Below are positions 37,344 to 48,400 of a stretch of 64,000 nucleotides of DNA, one piece after another (position 1 is the stretch's first letter; each line of letters starts with the position of its first letter). Source of the DNA: Bradyrhizobium sp. (GTDB taxonomy: Bacteria > Pseudomonadota > Alphaproteobacteria > Rhizobiales > Xanthobacteraceae); NCBI GenBank assembly GCA_035644295.1, contig DASQOU010000328.1:5300-69299 (forward strand), given 5' to 3'. A program made the position numbers and the translations under genes. The notes under the pieces were generated by a model that was given only the letters and a program-made list of their open reading frames with translations, was not told the DNA's origin and ran no database searches.

Positions 37344-38540
37344 ATGGCCCAAGACGAGCCCCAGGCAGCCGGGCCGACCAAACTCGTGATCCGTAATATC
37401 GGGCTGATGCTCTCTGGAGCACTCGAGAAGCCGATTCTGGACGCCGACACGATTCTGGCCGTCAACGGCAGGATCACTGCGATCGGCCGCGCCAAGGACG
37501 TCGATACCGAAGGTGCCACCACCATCGTCGACGCCAATGGCACGACGGTGGCGCCCGGCCTGATCGACAGCCATGTTCATCCCGTCGCCGGCGACTGGAC
37601 GCCGCGGCAAAACCAGATCGGATGGATCGACAGTTTCCTGCACGGTGGCGTCACCACCATGATCTCGGCCGGCGAGGTTCACATGCCCGGCCGGCCGCGC
37701 GACGTCGTCGGCTTGAAGGCGATGGCGATCTTTGCGCAGCGTGCGTTCTGGACGCTACGTCCCGGCGGCGTGAAGGTTCACGCCGGCGCGCCGGTGATCG
37801 AATGCGAAATGGTCGAGGACGACTTCAAGGAATTGGCCGCGGCCGGCGTCAAGCTGCTCGGCGAAGTCGGACTTGGCGGCGTCAAGGACGGTCCGACCGC
37901 GCGCAAGATGGTGGGATGGGCGCGCAAATATGGCATCCAGAGTACGATCCATACCGGCGGACCTTCAATTCCCGGTTCCGGCCTGATCGACAAGGACGTG
38001 GTGCTGGAAGCCGACACCGACGTGATCGGTCACATCAACGGCGGTCACACGGCGCTGCCCGACGATCAGATCCGATGCATCTGCGAGGGCTGCAAGCGCG
38101 GCCTGGAGCTGGTCCACAACGGCAACGAACGCTCGGCGCTCTACACCCTGCGGATCGCGCGCGAGATGGGCGACCTCAACCGCGTCATCCTCGGCACCGA
38201 TGCGCCCGCCGGCTCCGGCGTGCAGCCGCTCGGAATCTTACGCATGGTGTCGCTGTTGTCGTCGCTCGGCGACGTGCCAGCGGAAATCGCGTTCTGCTTT
38301 GCCACCGGCAACACCGCCCGCATGCGCGCGCTGGATTGCGGCTTGATCGAGGTCGGGCGTTCGGCCGACTTTGTCATCATGGACAAGGCGCAACATTCCG
38401 CCGGCAAAAACATCCTGCACAGCGTGCAGCTCGGCGATCTCCCCGGCGTCGGCATGACCATCATCGACGGCATCGTGCGCACCCAGCGCAGCCGCAACAC
38501 GCCGCCGGCGACGAAGGTGCCGCAGATTGTCGGGCATTGA
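37344..38540 (+). CDS. ena: Enamidase (nicotinate catabolism amidohydrolase)
   Basis: DSHVHP..GDWTPRQ, HGGVTTMISAGEVH.PGRP, HTGGPSIPGS, HINGG, RSRNTPP. Confidence 0.88.
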   Translation: MAQDEPQAAGPTKLVIRNIGLMLSGALEKPILDADTILAVNGRITAIGRAKDVDTEGATTIVDANGTTVAPGLIDSHVHPVAGDWTPRQNQIGWIDSFLHGGVTTMISAGEVHMPGRPRDVVGLKAMAIFAQRAFWTLRPGGVKVHAGAPVIECEMVEDDFKELAAAGVKLLGEVGLGGVKDGPTARKMVGWARKYGIQSTIHTGGPSIPGSGLIDKDVVLEADTDVIGHINGGHTALPDDQIRCICEGCKRGLELVHNGNERSALYTLRIAREMGDLNRVILGTDAPAGSGVQPLGILRMVSLLSSLGDVPAEIAFCFATGNTARMRALDCGLIEVGRSADFVIMDKAQHSAGKNILHSVQLGDLPGVGMTIIDGIVRTQRSRNTPPATKVPQIVGH

Positions 38541-38566
38541 TTTGTTCAGCATTTGACGCCTCTCCC

Positions 38567-38667
38567 GTCATACCCCGCGCATGCGGGGTATCCAGTATTC
38601 CACCGGTGTCAGCGCTAGAGCCGAGAGGCCTCGGCGTACTGGATCATCCGCATACGCGGATGATGAC
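38567..38667. repeat. REP-like palindromic element
   Basis: GTCATACCCCGCGCATGCGGGGTATCCAGTA...TACTGGATCATCCGCATACGCGGATGATGAC. Confidence 0.8.
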
Positions 38668-38871
38668 AGCTGGTGTGGGCGAGAAATTTCGGCGCCATGG
38701 CGGCCTGATTGCGACCGGCCCCAGAGCTTTTCCAATTTTCGTCTCAATTTTGCCCGCCGACTCAATTCACCCTCAGCGAAGATAAAGGCGAATCGGGAAG
38801 CTTTGGTGTTCGCGTACGTTAGCAACGTCCGCCCTTCCCCAGCCATCCGAAAGGAATGCGAGTCGATCCTC

Positions 38872-39561
38872 ATGAAGGCAATTGCGCGGCCGACACGTCA
38901 ACTGGTTCGCATGCGAGGGCGGTCTTACGTTGCGTTCGTATTTTGCCCAGTGGTTCCGATCGTTGCCTGGCTTGAAGAAATAGACGCAACACTCGGCCAC
39001 TCGCCCGACTTCTTCATCGGCAAGCCGGTGGTGCTTGATCTTTCCGCCGTGGACCTTAGCCAACCGGCCATCGTGCACCTCGTCACAAGCCTCGAACAAC
39101 GGAATATCCGCGTGCTTGGCATCGAGGGCGTGGACGGTGCTCGCCTCACTTCGAGTATGCCACCTTTGCTCACGGGCGGACGCCATTGTGTACTTACGCA
39201 AAACGAGCCGAAGAAGCCTGAAACCAAAGCTAAATCAATATCCCTGCTGCTCGAAAGCCCGGTGCGTTCGGGCCAGTCGGTTTTTACCGAAGGCGACGTG
39301 ACGATCCTGGGTTCGGTCAGTTCGGGCGCCGAAATTGTCGCGGGCGGCTCTATCCATATCTACGGAACGCTTCGCGGTCGTGCGATGGCGGGTGCCAATG
39401 GCAACTCGGCCGCTCGCATTTACTGTCAGAAAATCGAGGCAGAGCTGCTGGCGATCGACGGTCATTATCAAACTGCTGAAGAAATTGACGCCACCTTGTG
39501 CAATCAACCAGCTCAGGTGCGGCTCGAAGGCAACATCATGAAAATTACACCGCTGAATTAA
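38872..39561 (+). CDS. minC: Septum site-determining protein MinC
   Basis: FF.GKPVVLDL; VRSGQ; GAEIVAGGSIHIYGTLRGRAMAG. Confidence 0.93.
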   Translation: MKAIARPTRQLVRMRGRSYVAFVFCPVVPIVAWLEEIDATLGHSPDFFIGKPVVLDLSAVDLSQPAIVHLVTSLEQRNIRVLGIEGVDGARLTSSMPPLLTGGRHCVLTQNEPKKPETKAKSISLLLESPVRSGQSVFTEGDVTILGSVSSGAEIVAGGSIHIYGTLRGRAMAGANGNSAARIYCQKIEAELLAIDGHYQTAEEIDATLCNQPAQVRLEGNIMKITPLN

Positions 39562-39580
39562 TGGGCTTGAGGAGAAAAGA

Positions 39581-40396
39581 ATGACCAAAGTCTTGGTCGT
39601 GACGTCTGGCAAAGGCGGCGTCGGCAAAACAACTTCTACGGCTGCGCTCGGTGCGGCACTCGCCCAAATGGGGGAAAAAGTAGTGGTTGTCGACTTCGAC
39701 GTCGGTTTGCGCAACCTCGATCTTGTTCTGGGCGCGGAACGGCGGGTTGTGTTTGACCTCATCAATGTGGTGCAGGGCGTTGCAAAACTCTCGCAAGCTC
39801 TCATTCGAGACAAGCGCCTCGAGAATTTGTGGTTGCTTCCCGCATCCCAAACCAGGGACAAGGATGCCCTGACGGAGGAGGGTGTCAGCAGCGTAATCGC
39901 GGACCTGCGAACCAGATTTGACTGGATTCTCTGCGACAGTCCTGCGGGCATCGAGCGGGGCGCGACGCTTGCGATGCGTTATGCGGACGAGGCGGTCATC
40001 GTCACCAATCCCGAGGTCTCTTCGGTGCGTGATTCTGACCGCATCATCGGAATGCTCGATTCAAAAACCGTGAAGGCCGAAAAGGGCGAGCGGGTGGAGA
40101 AGCATGTGCTCATAACCCGCTATGACACGGCGCGCGCAGCGCGGGGAGAAATGCTCAGTATCGAGGATATTCTTGAAATTCTCGCCACGCCGCTGCTTGG
40201 AATCATTCCTGAGAGCCAAGACGTTTTGCGTGCGTCGAACGTTGGATCTCCCGTTACCCTGAACGACGCCAACAGCGCGCCGGCGCGCGCGTACATCGAT
40301 GCAGCGCGTCGTCTGATGGGCGAAACTGTCACCATGATGGTGCCGACCGAACGAAAAGGCTTGATGGACCGATTGTTGGGACGGAGGGCCGCATGA
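39581..40396 (+). CDS. minD: Septum site-determining ATPase MinD
   Basis: SGKGGVGKTT, DFDVGLRNLD, C-terminal amphipathic helix. Confidence 0.97.
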   Translation: MTKVLVVTSGKGGVGKTTSTAALGAALAQMGEKVVVVDFDVGLRNLDLVLGAERRVVFDLINVVQGVAKLSQALIRDKRLENLWLLPASQTRDKDALTEEGVSSVIADLRTRFDWILCDSPAGIERGATLAMRYADEAVIVTNPEVSSVRDSDRIIGMLDSKTVKAEKGERVEKHVLITRYDTARAARGEMLSIEDILEILATPLLGIIPESQDVLRASNVGSPVTLNDANSAPARAYIDAARRLMGETVTMMVPTERKGLMDRLLGRRAA

Positions 40397-40656
40397 TGAA
40401 TCTGCCGCGGCTCTTCAGTGGCCGCACTGCTTCCGCGCCTGTTGCACGGGAGCGGTTGCAGATTCTCCTGGCGCACGAACGCGGTTCGCGCGGCCAACCT
40501 GATTTGCTGGAGCTACTGCGGGCGGAGATCCTCGCTACAGTTTCTCGGCACGTCGTCCTCGATCCGGAAAAAGTCATCGTCAGGATGGACCGCGGCAATC
40601 ATGTATCGACGCTTGAAGTCGATATTGAAGTGCCCATGATGGCTCAAACGCAATAG
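40393..40656 (+). CDS. minE: Cell division topological specificity factor MinE
   Basis: SAPVARERLQILLAHER. Confidence 0.95.
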   Translation: MMNLPRLFSGRTASAPVARERLQILLAHERGSRGQPDLLELLRAEILATVSRHVVLDPEKVIVRMDRGNHVSTLEVDIEVPMMAQTQ

Positions 40657-40735
40657 TAATGCTGCACTTGATCTGAAAATATAGTGAGCGAAGAACACTC
40701 CGCGCTCTTTATGCGCGTCGCGCATTTTTCGAAGG

Positions 40736-41911
40736 CTATTGCACCATGACCCAGGTCGGTTGAAGCAACGGGTACGCGATCAAACCCACGACCGCAGTCG
40801 CGGCAATTAACAGGGGATTGCTGACTTTCCAGCGGAACAGGATGGCAAGCGAGATCAGCGCGATCGCGGCAGTTAGCCAATCGCCGATCGCGATGCGCCC
40901 GAGCAGGATGCACGCGCCCAGGATCGTTCCGATCGCCGCTGCGTAGGCACCCTTGACAAATCCCTGCACGTTGGGATTGCCGCGATGGCGCGCGAGAAGC
41001 GGCGCGGCGATCAGCACCAGAAGGAAAGACGGAAGGAAGATGCCGATCGTCGAGACGACCGAGCCCCAGAATCCGGCAACAAGGTAACCGACAAAGGTCG
41101 CGGTGATGACAACCGGCCCCGGGCTGATCATGCCGATGGCAACCGCGATCAGGAACTGGCGCTGGTCCAGCCATCCGAACTGTTGCACAAGCCCCTGCTC
41201 AAGAAACGGAACGATGACGAGGCCGCTCCCGAATGTCAGCGAGCCCGCCTTGATGAAGAACAGAAAGAGCTTGCCCAGGATCGAGCCGGAGGCAGTGGGC
41301 GCGAGCTGCGCCAAAACAGGCGCTACCGTTACTGAGAGCGCCGGCGGTGTTTTCTTGAACAGGCTCCCGTAATACAAAATGCCGACAATCCCTGCGCCGA
41401 TGAAGAGCAGCGCGACCTCGGCCTGAAGAATGACGGTGACGACGAGGCAGACCGCCGCGATCGCCCATTGCAACCAGTCTTCCATGCCGAGCTTGGCTAG
41501 CCGGTAGCAGGAATGAAGGATCAGCGCGATGACGGCTGGGCTTACGCCATAGAAGATGGCGGTTACCGGTTGGAGGTCTCCGAGATGGACATAGAGAGCG
41601 CCGAGCGCGGCCACGATGGCAAAGTTCGGAAGGATGAAGGCCCATCCACCGGCCCAGGCGCCCCAAAAACCGCAGCGGAGATAGGCGACGTAGATGCCGA
41701 CCTGGATCGCCAGGGGTCCGGGAAGCGACTGGCAGATCGCGATGGCCTCGCGCATCTGCTCTTTCGTGAGCCATTGGCGTTCGACGACCAGTTCGCGCTC
41801 CATCTGGCCGACCAGCGCCACCGGGCCGCCGAAGCCGAGAAAGCCGAGCCTGAGGAAATAGCGTACCAGTTCACCGATATTTCCGTGTGGAATGGTCGTC
41901 GATGTCGTCAT
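40736..41911 (-). CDS. chrA: Chromate efflux transporter
   Basis: FLRLG..GFGGP, LPGPLA, TFGSG, SPGPV (two CHR domains). Confidence 0.94.
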   Translation of the reverse strand: MTTSTTIPHGNIGELVRYFLRLGFLGFGGPVALVGQMERELVVERQWLTKEQMREAIAICQSLPGPLAIQVGIYVAYLRCGFWGAWAGGWAFILPNFAIVAALGALYVHLGDLQPVTAIFYGVSPAVIALILHSCYRLAKLGMEDWLQWAIAAVCLVVTVILQAEVALLFIGAGIVGILYYGSLFKKTPPALSVTVAPVLAQLAPTASGSILGKLFLFFIKAGSLTFGSGLVIVPFLEQGLVQQFGWLDQRQFLIAVAIGMISPGPVVITATFVGYLVAGFWGSVVSTIGIFLPSFLLVLIAAPLLARHRGNPNVQGFVKGAYAAAIGTILGACILLGRIAIGDWLTAAIALISLAILFRWKVSNPLLIAATAVVGLIAYPLLQPTWVMVQ

Positions 41912-42039
41912 GTCGTGCCTCGCAAACTGAAATACCTGAAAATGTCCTTTTCCAACCTCCCTGAGGAGTCGCAGACGAACTCAACATCGGCGCAGTACTT
42001 TGGCCGAGGGCAGTTCACCACCCCCAGGGCCATCAAGAT

Positions 42040-43269
42040 TTACCTGGCACCCACGGACTTGACTACGGTCCCTGCTGCCGGCGCGCTCTTGGCGGCTACG
42101 ACGACTGCGGCGTTCTCGGACAACCCTTCGATGACTTCAGCCCGTCCGTTGTCGCGGACCCCGACCTTTACTGCTTTTCGCTCGATGCGATCGTCCTTTA
42201 CCGTGAAAACAAAGGTTCCTTGGGGGTCCGAACCTATCGCCGTAACCGGGACCGCAAGCACATCGTGGCGCCGATCCAGTTCAAGAGAGACTTGGGCATA
42301 CAGGCCCGGATAGAGTCGCTCGTCGGCGTTCGGCAGATCGATCTCGGTTCGCATGTTGCGGGTTTCGGGATCGAGACGATAGGCGAAACGCGTGATTGCG
42401 CCGATGACCGGCTCGCCGTTCAAACCGAATACCTTAACGGTCGCCCGGTCTCCGACCCGTATGTGCAAGGCATCATTCTCTGGGACGTCGCAAAACACCC
42501 TGATGGTGTCGATCCTCTGGAGCTTGAAAAGCGGCGTCGTCCGCGTGGAGGTTGCAGCCTGAACCAGATCGCCGCGGTTCACCTGGCGTCTCGCGACTAC
42601 GCCATCGAATGGCGCCACGATCTGCGTATAGGTGAGCAGGGTCTTGATCTTCTCCACGGTCGCTGCGGCGACATCGATCTGATTGGCAGCTAGGTCGACG
42701 TTCGCTTCCGCAACACCGAGATCCGCCTTGGCGATATCCGCATTGGCGCGCACCTGATCGAGTGTACGGTCGCTGATGAACTGCCGTCCCTGGCCGAGCT
42801 GCTCCCTGTCTTTCGCCAAGCCGATCTGAAGCGCTACGTCAGCCTTGTGGTGGTCCAGTTGGCGGCGCGCAGCCTCCAGCGAGCTTTTCCTGGATTCGAG
42901 CTGGGCCTTTGCTTCGGCAAGCTCCTGCTTCAATTCGGGAACGTCGATGACCGCGAGCACTTGACCTGCCTTCACGTGATCGCCGATATCGACGCGAACA
43001 TCGGACAGGTATCCGGAGACCTTGGCGAAAAGATCGGCGTCCTCGAAGGCTTCGAGCGTCGCATTGCTTTGCACACGTTGGACCAAGGTCTCGCGGCCCG
43101 GCTTGACGACATCAACACTTACCTGGCTCTCGGGCGCAGCAGTCATCGCCTTCGATGGTGGCGATGCCTGGAAGTAAAGGAGCGTGCCAGCAACCCCAGC
43201 GATGAGTACCGCCGCCGTGGCCAACACCTTCATTGATTTCAACCCAATCATCATTTCACCTGATTTCAT
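42040..43269 (-). CDS. RND efflux periplasmic adaptor
   Basis: AKVSGY..V.VDIGD.VKAGQ, APFDGVV, LYPG.YA. Confidence 0.92.
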   Translation of the reverse strand: MKSGEMMIGLKSMKVLATAAVLIAGVAGTLLYFQASPPSKAMTAAPESQVSVDVVKPGRETLVQRVQSNATLEAFEDADLFAKVSGYLSDVRVDIGDHVKAGQVLAVIDVPELKQELAEAKAQLESRKSSLEAARRQLDHHKADVALQIGLAKDREQLGQGRQFISDRTLDQVRANADIAKADLGVAEANVDLAANQIDVAAATVEKIKTLLTYTQIVAPFDGVVARRQVNRGDLVQAATSTRTTPLFKLQRIDTIRVFCDVPENDALHIRVGDRATVKVFGLNGEPVIGAITRFAYRLDPETRNMRTEIDLPNADERLYPGLYAQVSLELDRRHDVLAVPVTAIGSDPQGTFVFTVKDDRIERKAVKVGVRDNGRAEVIEGLSENAAVVVAAKSAPAAGTVVKSVGAR

Positions 43270-46200
43270 TCGGCCGCCAGCTCGTCGGCCCGTAAATGTC
43301 CGCTAGTTCGGTCGACCGCACCTCGAACCGCTCGCCGCGATCGCCCATCGAAATACGAACTCTCGGGATCGTCGGGATCGAGCGAGGCGGAAAGACGAGC
43401 ATGCCGCGATTGCAGCGAGGCGAAAATTGCCGGTAGCACAACGAGCGTCGCGCAGGTTGCGCCGATGAGGCCCCCGATGACCGCCCGCCCGAGCGGCGCG
43501 GTTTGTTCGCCGCCCTCGCCTAGTCCGAGCGCCATCGGGATCATTCCGGCAATCATCGCAAAGCTGGTCATCAGGATCGGCCGCAGACGGCTGCTCGCGC
43601 CTTCGATCGCCGCCTCCCATGGCTCGCGGCCCTCAGCCCGACTGCGTTCGGCGAAGGTAACGAGCAGGATGGCATTTGCCACCGCGACGCCGATGGCCAT
43701 GATCGCGCCCATGAAGGATTGAATGTTGAGCGTCGTCCGCGTGAGCCAGAGCGCGATCGCGACGCCGGCGATGACAGCTGGGATCGTCAGCCCAACCGCA
43801 AGCGACAACCGCAACGATTGGAAATTTGCCGCAAGCAGCAAAAGGATAACGCCGACCGCAATCAAAAGTCCCAACCGCAGGCCCCCGAACATTTCCAACA
43901 TCGGCTGAACTTGACCTCGCACGGTCACGTTGACACGCTCGGGCGGCTTGCCGGCATCCTTGATCGCCTGTTGTACACGAACGGCCGCACGTCCCAGATC
44001 CTCGCCCGAGATGTTTGCACTCAACGTCAGCATGCGCTGCTGATTATAGCGATCATATTCGCCAAGCGCCGTGCCGTCGGTGACGCTGGCCACGTTGCGC
44101 AGGGCGATCTGCTGACCCGCCCGGCGCGCGATGGGAAGGTTCTTCACCTCCTCAAGAGAATTCATCTGCTGCTCAGGAATAGCGACCTGCACCTGATAGC
44201 CAATCCCGCTTCTGGGGTCGGCCCAATAATTCGCGGACGTGTAGCGGCTCGACGACGTACCTGCGACGACCGATTTCGCTATGTCGTCGGTGGTGACGCC
44301 CAGAACGCCGGCTCGTTCGCGGTCCACGGTGACCTTCACGGTCGGATAATCGAGTTCTTGCTCGAACGCGAGGTCACGCAGGGTCGGCACCTCGGCCAAT
44401 TTTTCGCGCAGCTTTTCCGCGAACTGGCGACTATCGGCGAGGTTCTGTCCGGTCACTGCTACCTCAATCGGGGTCGGCGCGCCGAAGCTCATGACCCGGC
44501 TAACGATGTCGCTTGGTTCAAATGAGAAACGCACGCCGGCCAGTTCCTGAGGTAGTTTCTGGCGCAGTCGTTCTTTCAAATCTTCGATACGGATGCCGGT
44601 GCCTGGCTTGAGCTGAACCTGCATCACCGCTTCCTCGGAGCCGGAACTCCAGAGGTAGATGCTGTTGATGGGATAATTGGGCGGCTGGGTGCCGACGAAG
44701 CCCAGGCTGATTTCCACGTTGTCGGGACCGACCTCGCGCTTGATCGCTTCGAGCGTTTGCAACGCGATCTGCTCGGTGCGTTCGATGCGCGTTCCCGCCG
44801 GCGCCCGCAGATGCAACTGGAATTGCCCGGTATCGACCACGGGAAAGATTTCGTTACCAAGCGTGCCGCCGATTACGAGAATGATGGCGCTGCTGATGAC
44901 AAGATAGGAAAGCACCACTATCCGTCGTCGGTTCATGACGCGGTGCGCGAACCGGTCATACCTGCTGCGCATCCGATCAAAGAACGTCTGTTGCGGCTGG
45001 TCATGCATGTCGGTGCCGCGCAGCATCCAGACCGACAAAATGGGCACGAAGGTGCTGGAGAGCAGATATGACGCCACCATCGCGAAGCCGACAGCAGAGG
45101 CCAGCGGCACGAACAGATTATGCGCGGCGCCTTTCATAAAGTAGGTCGGGATGAACACTGCCAAGATGCAAAGCATGGCTACGAACCGCGGCAGTGTCGT
45201 CTCGGCTGTCGCCAAGCTCGCGGCGCGAGCAAGGCTAAGTCCCTCGGCGAGGCGGGTGTGAATGTTTTCGATCGTGACCGTCGCCTCGTCGACGAGGATG
45301 CCAACGGCCAAGGCCAGCCCGCCCAAGGTCATGATGTTGATGGTCTGGCCCGACATCCATAGCGCCGTCACCGATGCAAGGATCGCAAGCGGAATGTTCA
45401 ACACCACGATGAGGGCGCTACGCCAATCCCGCAGAAAGAGTAGGATCATGAGCCCCGTGAGCACCACCCCGAGTGTACCTTCGAAAAACAGTCCATCAAT
45501 CGCGCGGGTCACGTAAGGGGATTGGTCGAACTGGTAGCTCACCGAAATATCGTCCGGCAGCACGGACTGGAATCGGGGCAAGTTATCCTTGACGGCCCGG
45601 ACCACGGCGAGGGTCGAGGCGTCCGCCCTTTTGGTGACGGGGATGTAAACCGTGCGGCGCCCGTCGACCAGCGCGTAACCGGTCTGAATGTCGGCGCTGT
45701 CTTCGACCGTCCCGATGTCGCGAATGAAGACCGTCTGCGTGCCCTGCGAGCGGATCGGAATGTCATTGAGGCCTTTGATGTCCCCGACGACCGAATTGAC
45801 CGGCACCATCGGCAAGAGGTCGCCGATACGGACGTTGCCCGACGGGCTGATGGTATTGCCGGCGCTTAGCGCCCGCACCACCTCGTCGGGTGACATGTTG
45901 TAGGCGCGCAGTTTGGTGGAATCCGCGCGGATCACGATGGTGCGCTGGCTCGAGCCGAACGGCGGAGGTGCCGAAACACCCGGGAGGGTTGCGAATAATG
46001 GGCGAACCTTGAAGAGCGCGGCATCCTGGAGCTCGGCGACGGTTTTGGTCTTGCTGGAGAAGACGAGATTGCCGACAGGCACACTGCCACCATCGAATCG
46101 CATTACGAAAGGCGGTACGGTTCCCGTGGGCATGAAGGCGCGGGCACGATCGACATAGGAGACCGTCTCCGCCACCGCCTGCGCCATGTTGGTGCCGGGA

Positions 46201-46487
46201 TGGAATTGTAGCTTTACAAGCCCCATGCCTTGGATCGATTTGCTTTCGACATGCTCGATCCCCGTGACGAAGAGAAAGTGGAATTCATAATAGTTGACAA
46301 TAAACCCTTCCATCTGCGCCGGGTCCATGCCGCCGTACGGTTGTGCAACGTAAATTATCGGGACGCCCAAATCAGGAAAGATGTCCCTCGCCATCCGATC
46401 GAGTGCGAAAAACCCGACCAACGCCGACGCAAGGACCAGCACCAGCAGCGAGATCGGACGCCGCAGGGCGAAAGACACCAAGTTCAT
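43266..46487 (-). CDS. RND efflux permease (AcrB/CusA family)
   Basis: [27 protein letters not shown]; about 1070 aa. Confidence 0.95.
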   Translation of the reverse strand: MNLVSFALRRPISLLVLVLASALVGFFALDRMARDIFPDLGVPIIYVAQPYGGMDPAQMEGFIVNYYEFHFLFVTGIEHVESKSIQGMGLVKLQFHPGTNMAQAVAETVSYVDRARAFMPTGTVPPFVMRFDGGSVPVGNLVFSSKTKTVAELQDAALFKVRPLFATLPGVSAPPPFGSSQRTIVIRADSTKLRAYNMSPDEVVRALSAGNTISPSGNVRIGDLLPMVPVNSVVGDIKGLNDIPIRSQGTQTVFIRDIGTVEDSADIQTGYALVDGRRTVYIPVTKRADASTLAVVRAVKDNLPRFQSVLPDDISVSYQFDQSPYVTRAIDGLFFEGTLGVVLTGLMILLFLRDWRSALIVVLNIPLAILASVTALWMSGQTINIMTLGGLALAVGILVDEATVTIENIHTRLAEGLSLARAASLATAETTLPRFVAMLCILAVFIPTYFMKGAAHNLFVPLASAVGFAMVASYLLSSTFVPILSVWMLRGTDMHDQPQQTFFDRMRSRYDRFAHRVMNRRRIVVLSYLVISSAIILVIGGTLGNEIFPVVDTGQFQLHLRAPAGTRIERTEQIALQTLEAIKREVGPDNVEISLGFVGTQPPNYPINSIYLWSSGSEEAVMQVQLKPGTGIRIEDLKERLRQKLPQELAGVRFSFEPSDIVSRVMSFGAPTPIEVAVTGQNLADSRQFAEKLREKLAEVPTLRDLAFEQELDYPTVKVTVDRERAGVLGVTTDDIAKSVVAGTSSSRYTSANYWADPRSGIGYQVQVAIPEQQMNSLEEVKNLPIARRAGQQIALRNVASVTDGTALGEYDRYNQQRMLTLSANISGEDLGRAAVRVQQAIKDAGKPPERVNVTVRGQVQPMLEMFGGLRLGLLIAVGVILLLLAANFQSLRLSLAVGLTIPAVIAGVAIALWLTRTTLNIQSFMGAIMAIGVAVANAILLVTFAERSRAEGREPWEAAIEGASSRLRPILMTSFAMIAGMIPMALGLGEGGEQTAPLGRAVIGGLIGATCATLVVLPAIFASLQSRHARLSASLDPDDPESSYFDGRSRRAVRGAVDRTSGHLRADELAAE

Positions 46488-46603
46488 CGGGTTGCTTTCG
46501 CCCACGTGGCGCAGCTGGCGTTACAAGGGCCACAAAGCATCGGCCACGGGTTGGCAACGAGTCTCATGCAAGATGTCCCTTCAATGTCGAGAGTGAAAAA
46601 GCT

Positions 46604-46690
46604 CTAGCTCTTCGTGCTCGCCGTCTTCTCGAGCGCGGCGCGCAATCCCTTGGCCAACTTCAACGCGTCGTCGTTCGCCCAAAATGCAAA
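46604..46690 (-). pseudogene. C-terminal remnant of a DUF1259-like protein
   Basis: FWANDDALKLAKGLRAALEKTASTKS* with no upstream body; resembles the recalled DUF1259 HFWANDD..KLA.GLRAAL end. Confidence 0.55.
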
Positions 46691-46722
46691 CCCAACCAGC
46701 GGCAAACCCAACCTCGGCAACG

Positions 46723-47448
46723 CTAGCCTTCCCGGCTATACTGATCGTACAGCTTCGCGGCGTTGTCCCAGCGGATTGCCTCCATATAGATGTCGACATA
46801 GCGCGCGGCCGCCGCACCATAGTCCATGTGATAGGCGTGCTCGTACATGTCGAGCACCAGCACCGGCCGGCCGCCGGCCAGCGTCGTGGTGTGGTCCGCC
46901 GCCCACTGATTGACGAGCCGTTTGTCACGGGGTGAATAGGCAAGGATAACCCAGCCCGAACCGCCGCCTTCTGCCTTGCCCATGGCGGCAAATTCCGTGC
47001 GCCAGCGTTCGAGGCTGCCGAAATCGCGCGCGATGGCCTCCGCCAGCGCGCCGCTCGCGCCCGCGCCGCCACCGAGCCCGTCGAAATATATCTCGTGCAG
47101 GATCATCGAGTTCGCCGCGATCAATTCTTCACGCTTCAAGCCGTTGATCACAAAATTCGGCGCTTTCGCGAAATCGAGATCGGCCAGTTGCGCGCCGATC
47201 GCGTTGAGGCGCTTCACGGCGCCAATGTAGTTATTCTCATAATGGCTCACGAGAACCTTTTCTGAGATGCCCTTGATCGACTTCGGGTCGAGCGACAGGG
47301 GTTTGGGTTGATATGGCATTGCCTTGCCTCCGCTCGGTGGACTGCCTTGGGCGAATGCGGAGCTCCCCGCGAGCGTTACCGTTGATGCGGCGGCAGCAAC
47401 CAGTCCCGCTCCCTGAATGAAGCTTCGACGTTCAGTTTTGATGGTCAT
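46723..47448 (-). CDS. chrC: Fe/Mn superoxide dismutase, ChrC-type, Tat signal
   Basis: RRSFIQ; HYENNY; NSMILHEIYF; LDMYEHAYHMDY; chr context. Confidence 0.8.
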   Translation of the reverse strand: MTIKTERRSFIQGAGLVAAAASTVTLAGSSAFAQGSPPSGGKAMPYQPKPLSLDPKSIKGISEKVLVSHYENNYIGAVKRLNAIGAQLADLDFAKAPNFVINGLKREELIAANSMILHEIYFDGLGGGAGASGALAEAIARDFGSLERWRTEFAAMGKAEGGGSGWVILAYSPRDKRLVNQWAADHTTTLAGGRPVLVLDMYEHAYHMDYGAAAARYVDIYMEAIRWDNAAKLYDQYSREG

Positions 47449-47710
47449 TTTCGAATCTCCTTGTGCTGATAGCCCCGAACGGTGAACACGGTAGGTGAGG
47501 GATTCGCGATTTCGATTTGGTCGAATCGGGTGATGCTGTCGCCTTTGGTCCGGAATGCGATGCGGCCTGGCTGGGATAGGGTTTTTTCAAAGCCGGTAAA
47601 TACCCACGTCCCGTCGCGCGCGGCGGCAATCGTTGCCGACGGCCCGATGCGCGGCGCACCGATCAGGCGCGCAGGCTTCTCGCTGGAAATGGGTATGATT
47701 GCCGACAGGA
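47445..47710 (-). pseudogene. Chimeric remnant: ChrB-like N-terminus joined to the C-terminus of another protein
   Basis: (L)SAIIPISSEKPARLIGAP resembles a ChrB start; FEKTLSQPGRIAFRTKGDSITRFDQIEI resembles the G..G.WTKADS.T.FD end of a beta-sandwich protein. Confidence 0.5.
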
Positions 47711-47909
47711 CGCGTCCATCCAGGATTTCGGGACGCGATTCTTCGGCTGTCGCCTCATGGGGAGATCGCAATCCCCACATCGAATAAACTAACCGGCCGA
47801 GGTAGGCTGTCAAGCATAGGGCCGTCGCTATCGGGCGCCATTAGACAACAACGCCCCAATTGCCGTTCCAGAGCAGATCACACATGCGTTACTCGGGTCT
47901 GTTCCCTCG

Positions 47910-48365
47910 TCACCGCAGCTTGCTCAGCAACGCGACCAGCGTCTCGCGTTCCCGCGCATCGAGCGGCGCCAGCGTCTCCCGGGTGATCGCAACCGCATTT
48001 GGAGCTACTTTCTCGGCGAGCTGCTGGCCTGTGCGCGTCAGGCTGACCAGCAGGCGGCGGCCGTCCTCGGGATCGGCGCTGGTCTCAGTCAGGCCGCGGG
48101 CGGTGAGCCGGTCGATCACGCCCTTGATGGTGGCGACATCCATCGCCGTCAGCCGGCCAAGATGGTTCTGCGAGCACGGCCCGGTCTCGGTGAGTTTTGC
48201 CAGCGCCGCCCATTGCGTCGGCGTGAGATTGATCCCAATTTCCCTGGCGAAGATGGTGGCGTGGCGCTGCCACACCTGGCGCAGGATGAAGCCGATCTGC
48301 TCTTCGAGGACGTAAGCCGGCCGCGACGGTTTTATGTTCCGTTTCGGCGAAACAGTCCTGGTCAT
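47910..48365 (-). CDS. nicR: MarR family regulator, NicR-like
   Basis: YVLEEQIGFILRQ..QRH..IF, SQNHLGR.TAMD.ATIKGV.DRL, DGRR; nic cluster context. Confidence 0.8.
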   Translation of the reverse strand: MTRTVSPKRNIKPSRPAYVLEEQIGFILRQVWQRHATIFAREIGINLTPTQWAALAKLTETGPCSQNHLGRLTAMDVATIKGVIDRLTARGLTETSADPEDGRRLLVSLTRTGQQLAEKVAPNAVAITRETLAPLDARERETLVALLSKLR

Positions 48366-48400
48366 GTACGTCCCCACCCCTGTTTTATGCCCGACGCTGG

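Noticed and set aside
38581-38871. Extended MinC N-terminus
   Set aside because: It reads through a REP element and intergenic DNA; MinC-like sequence begins near 38872.
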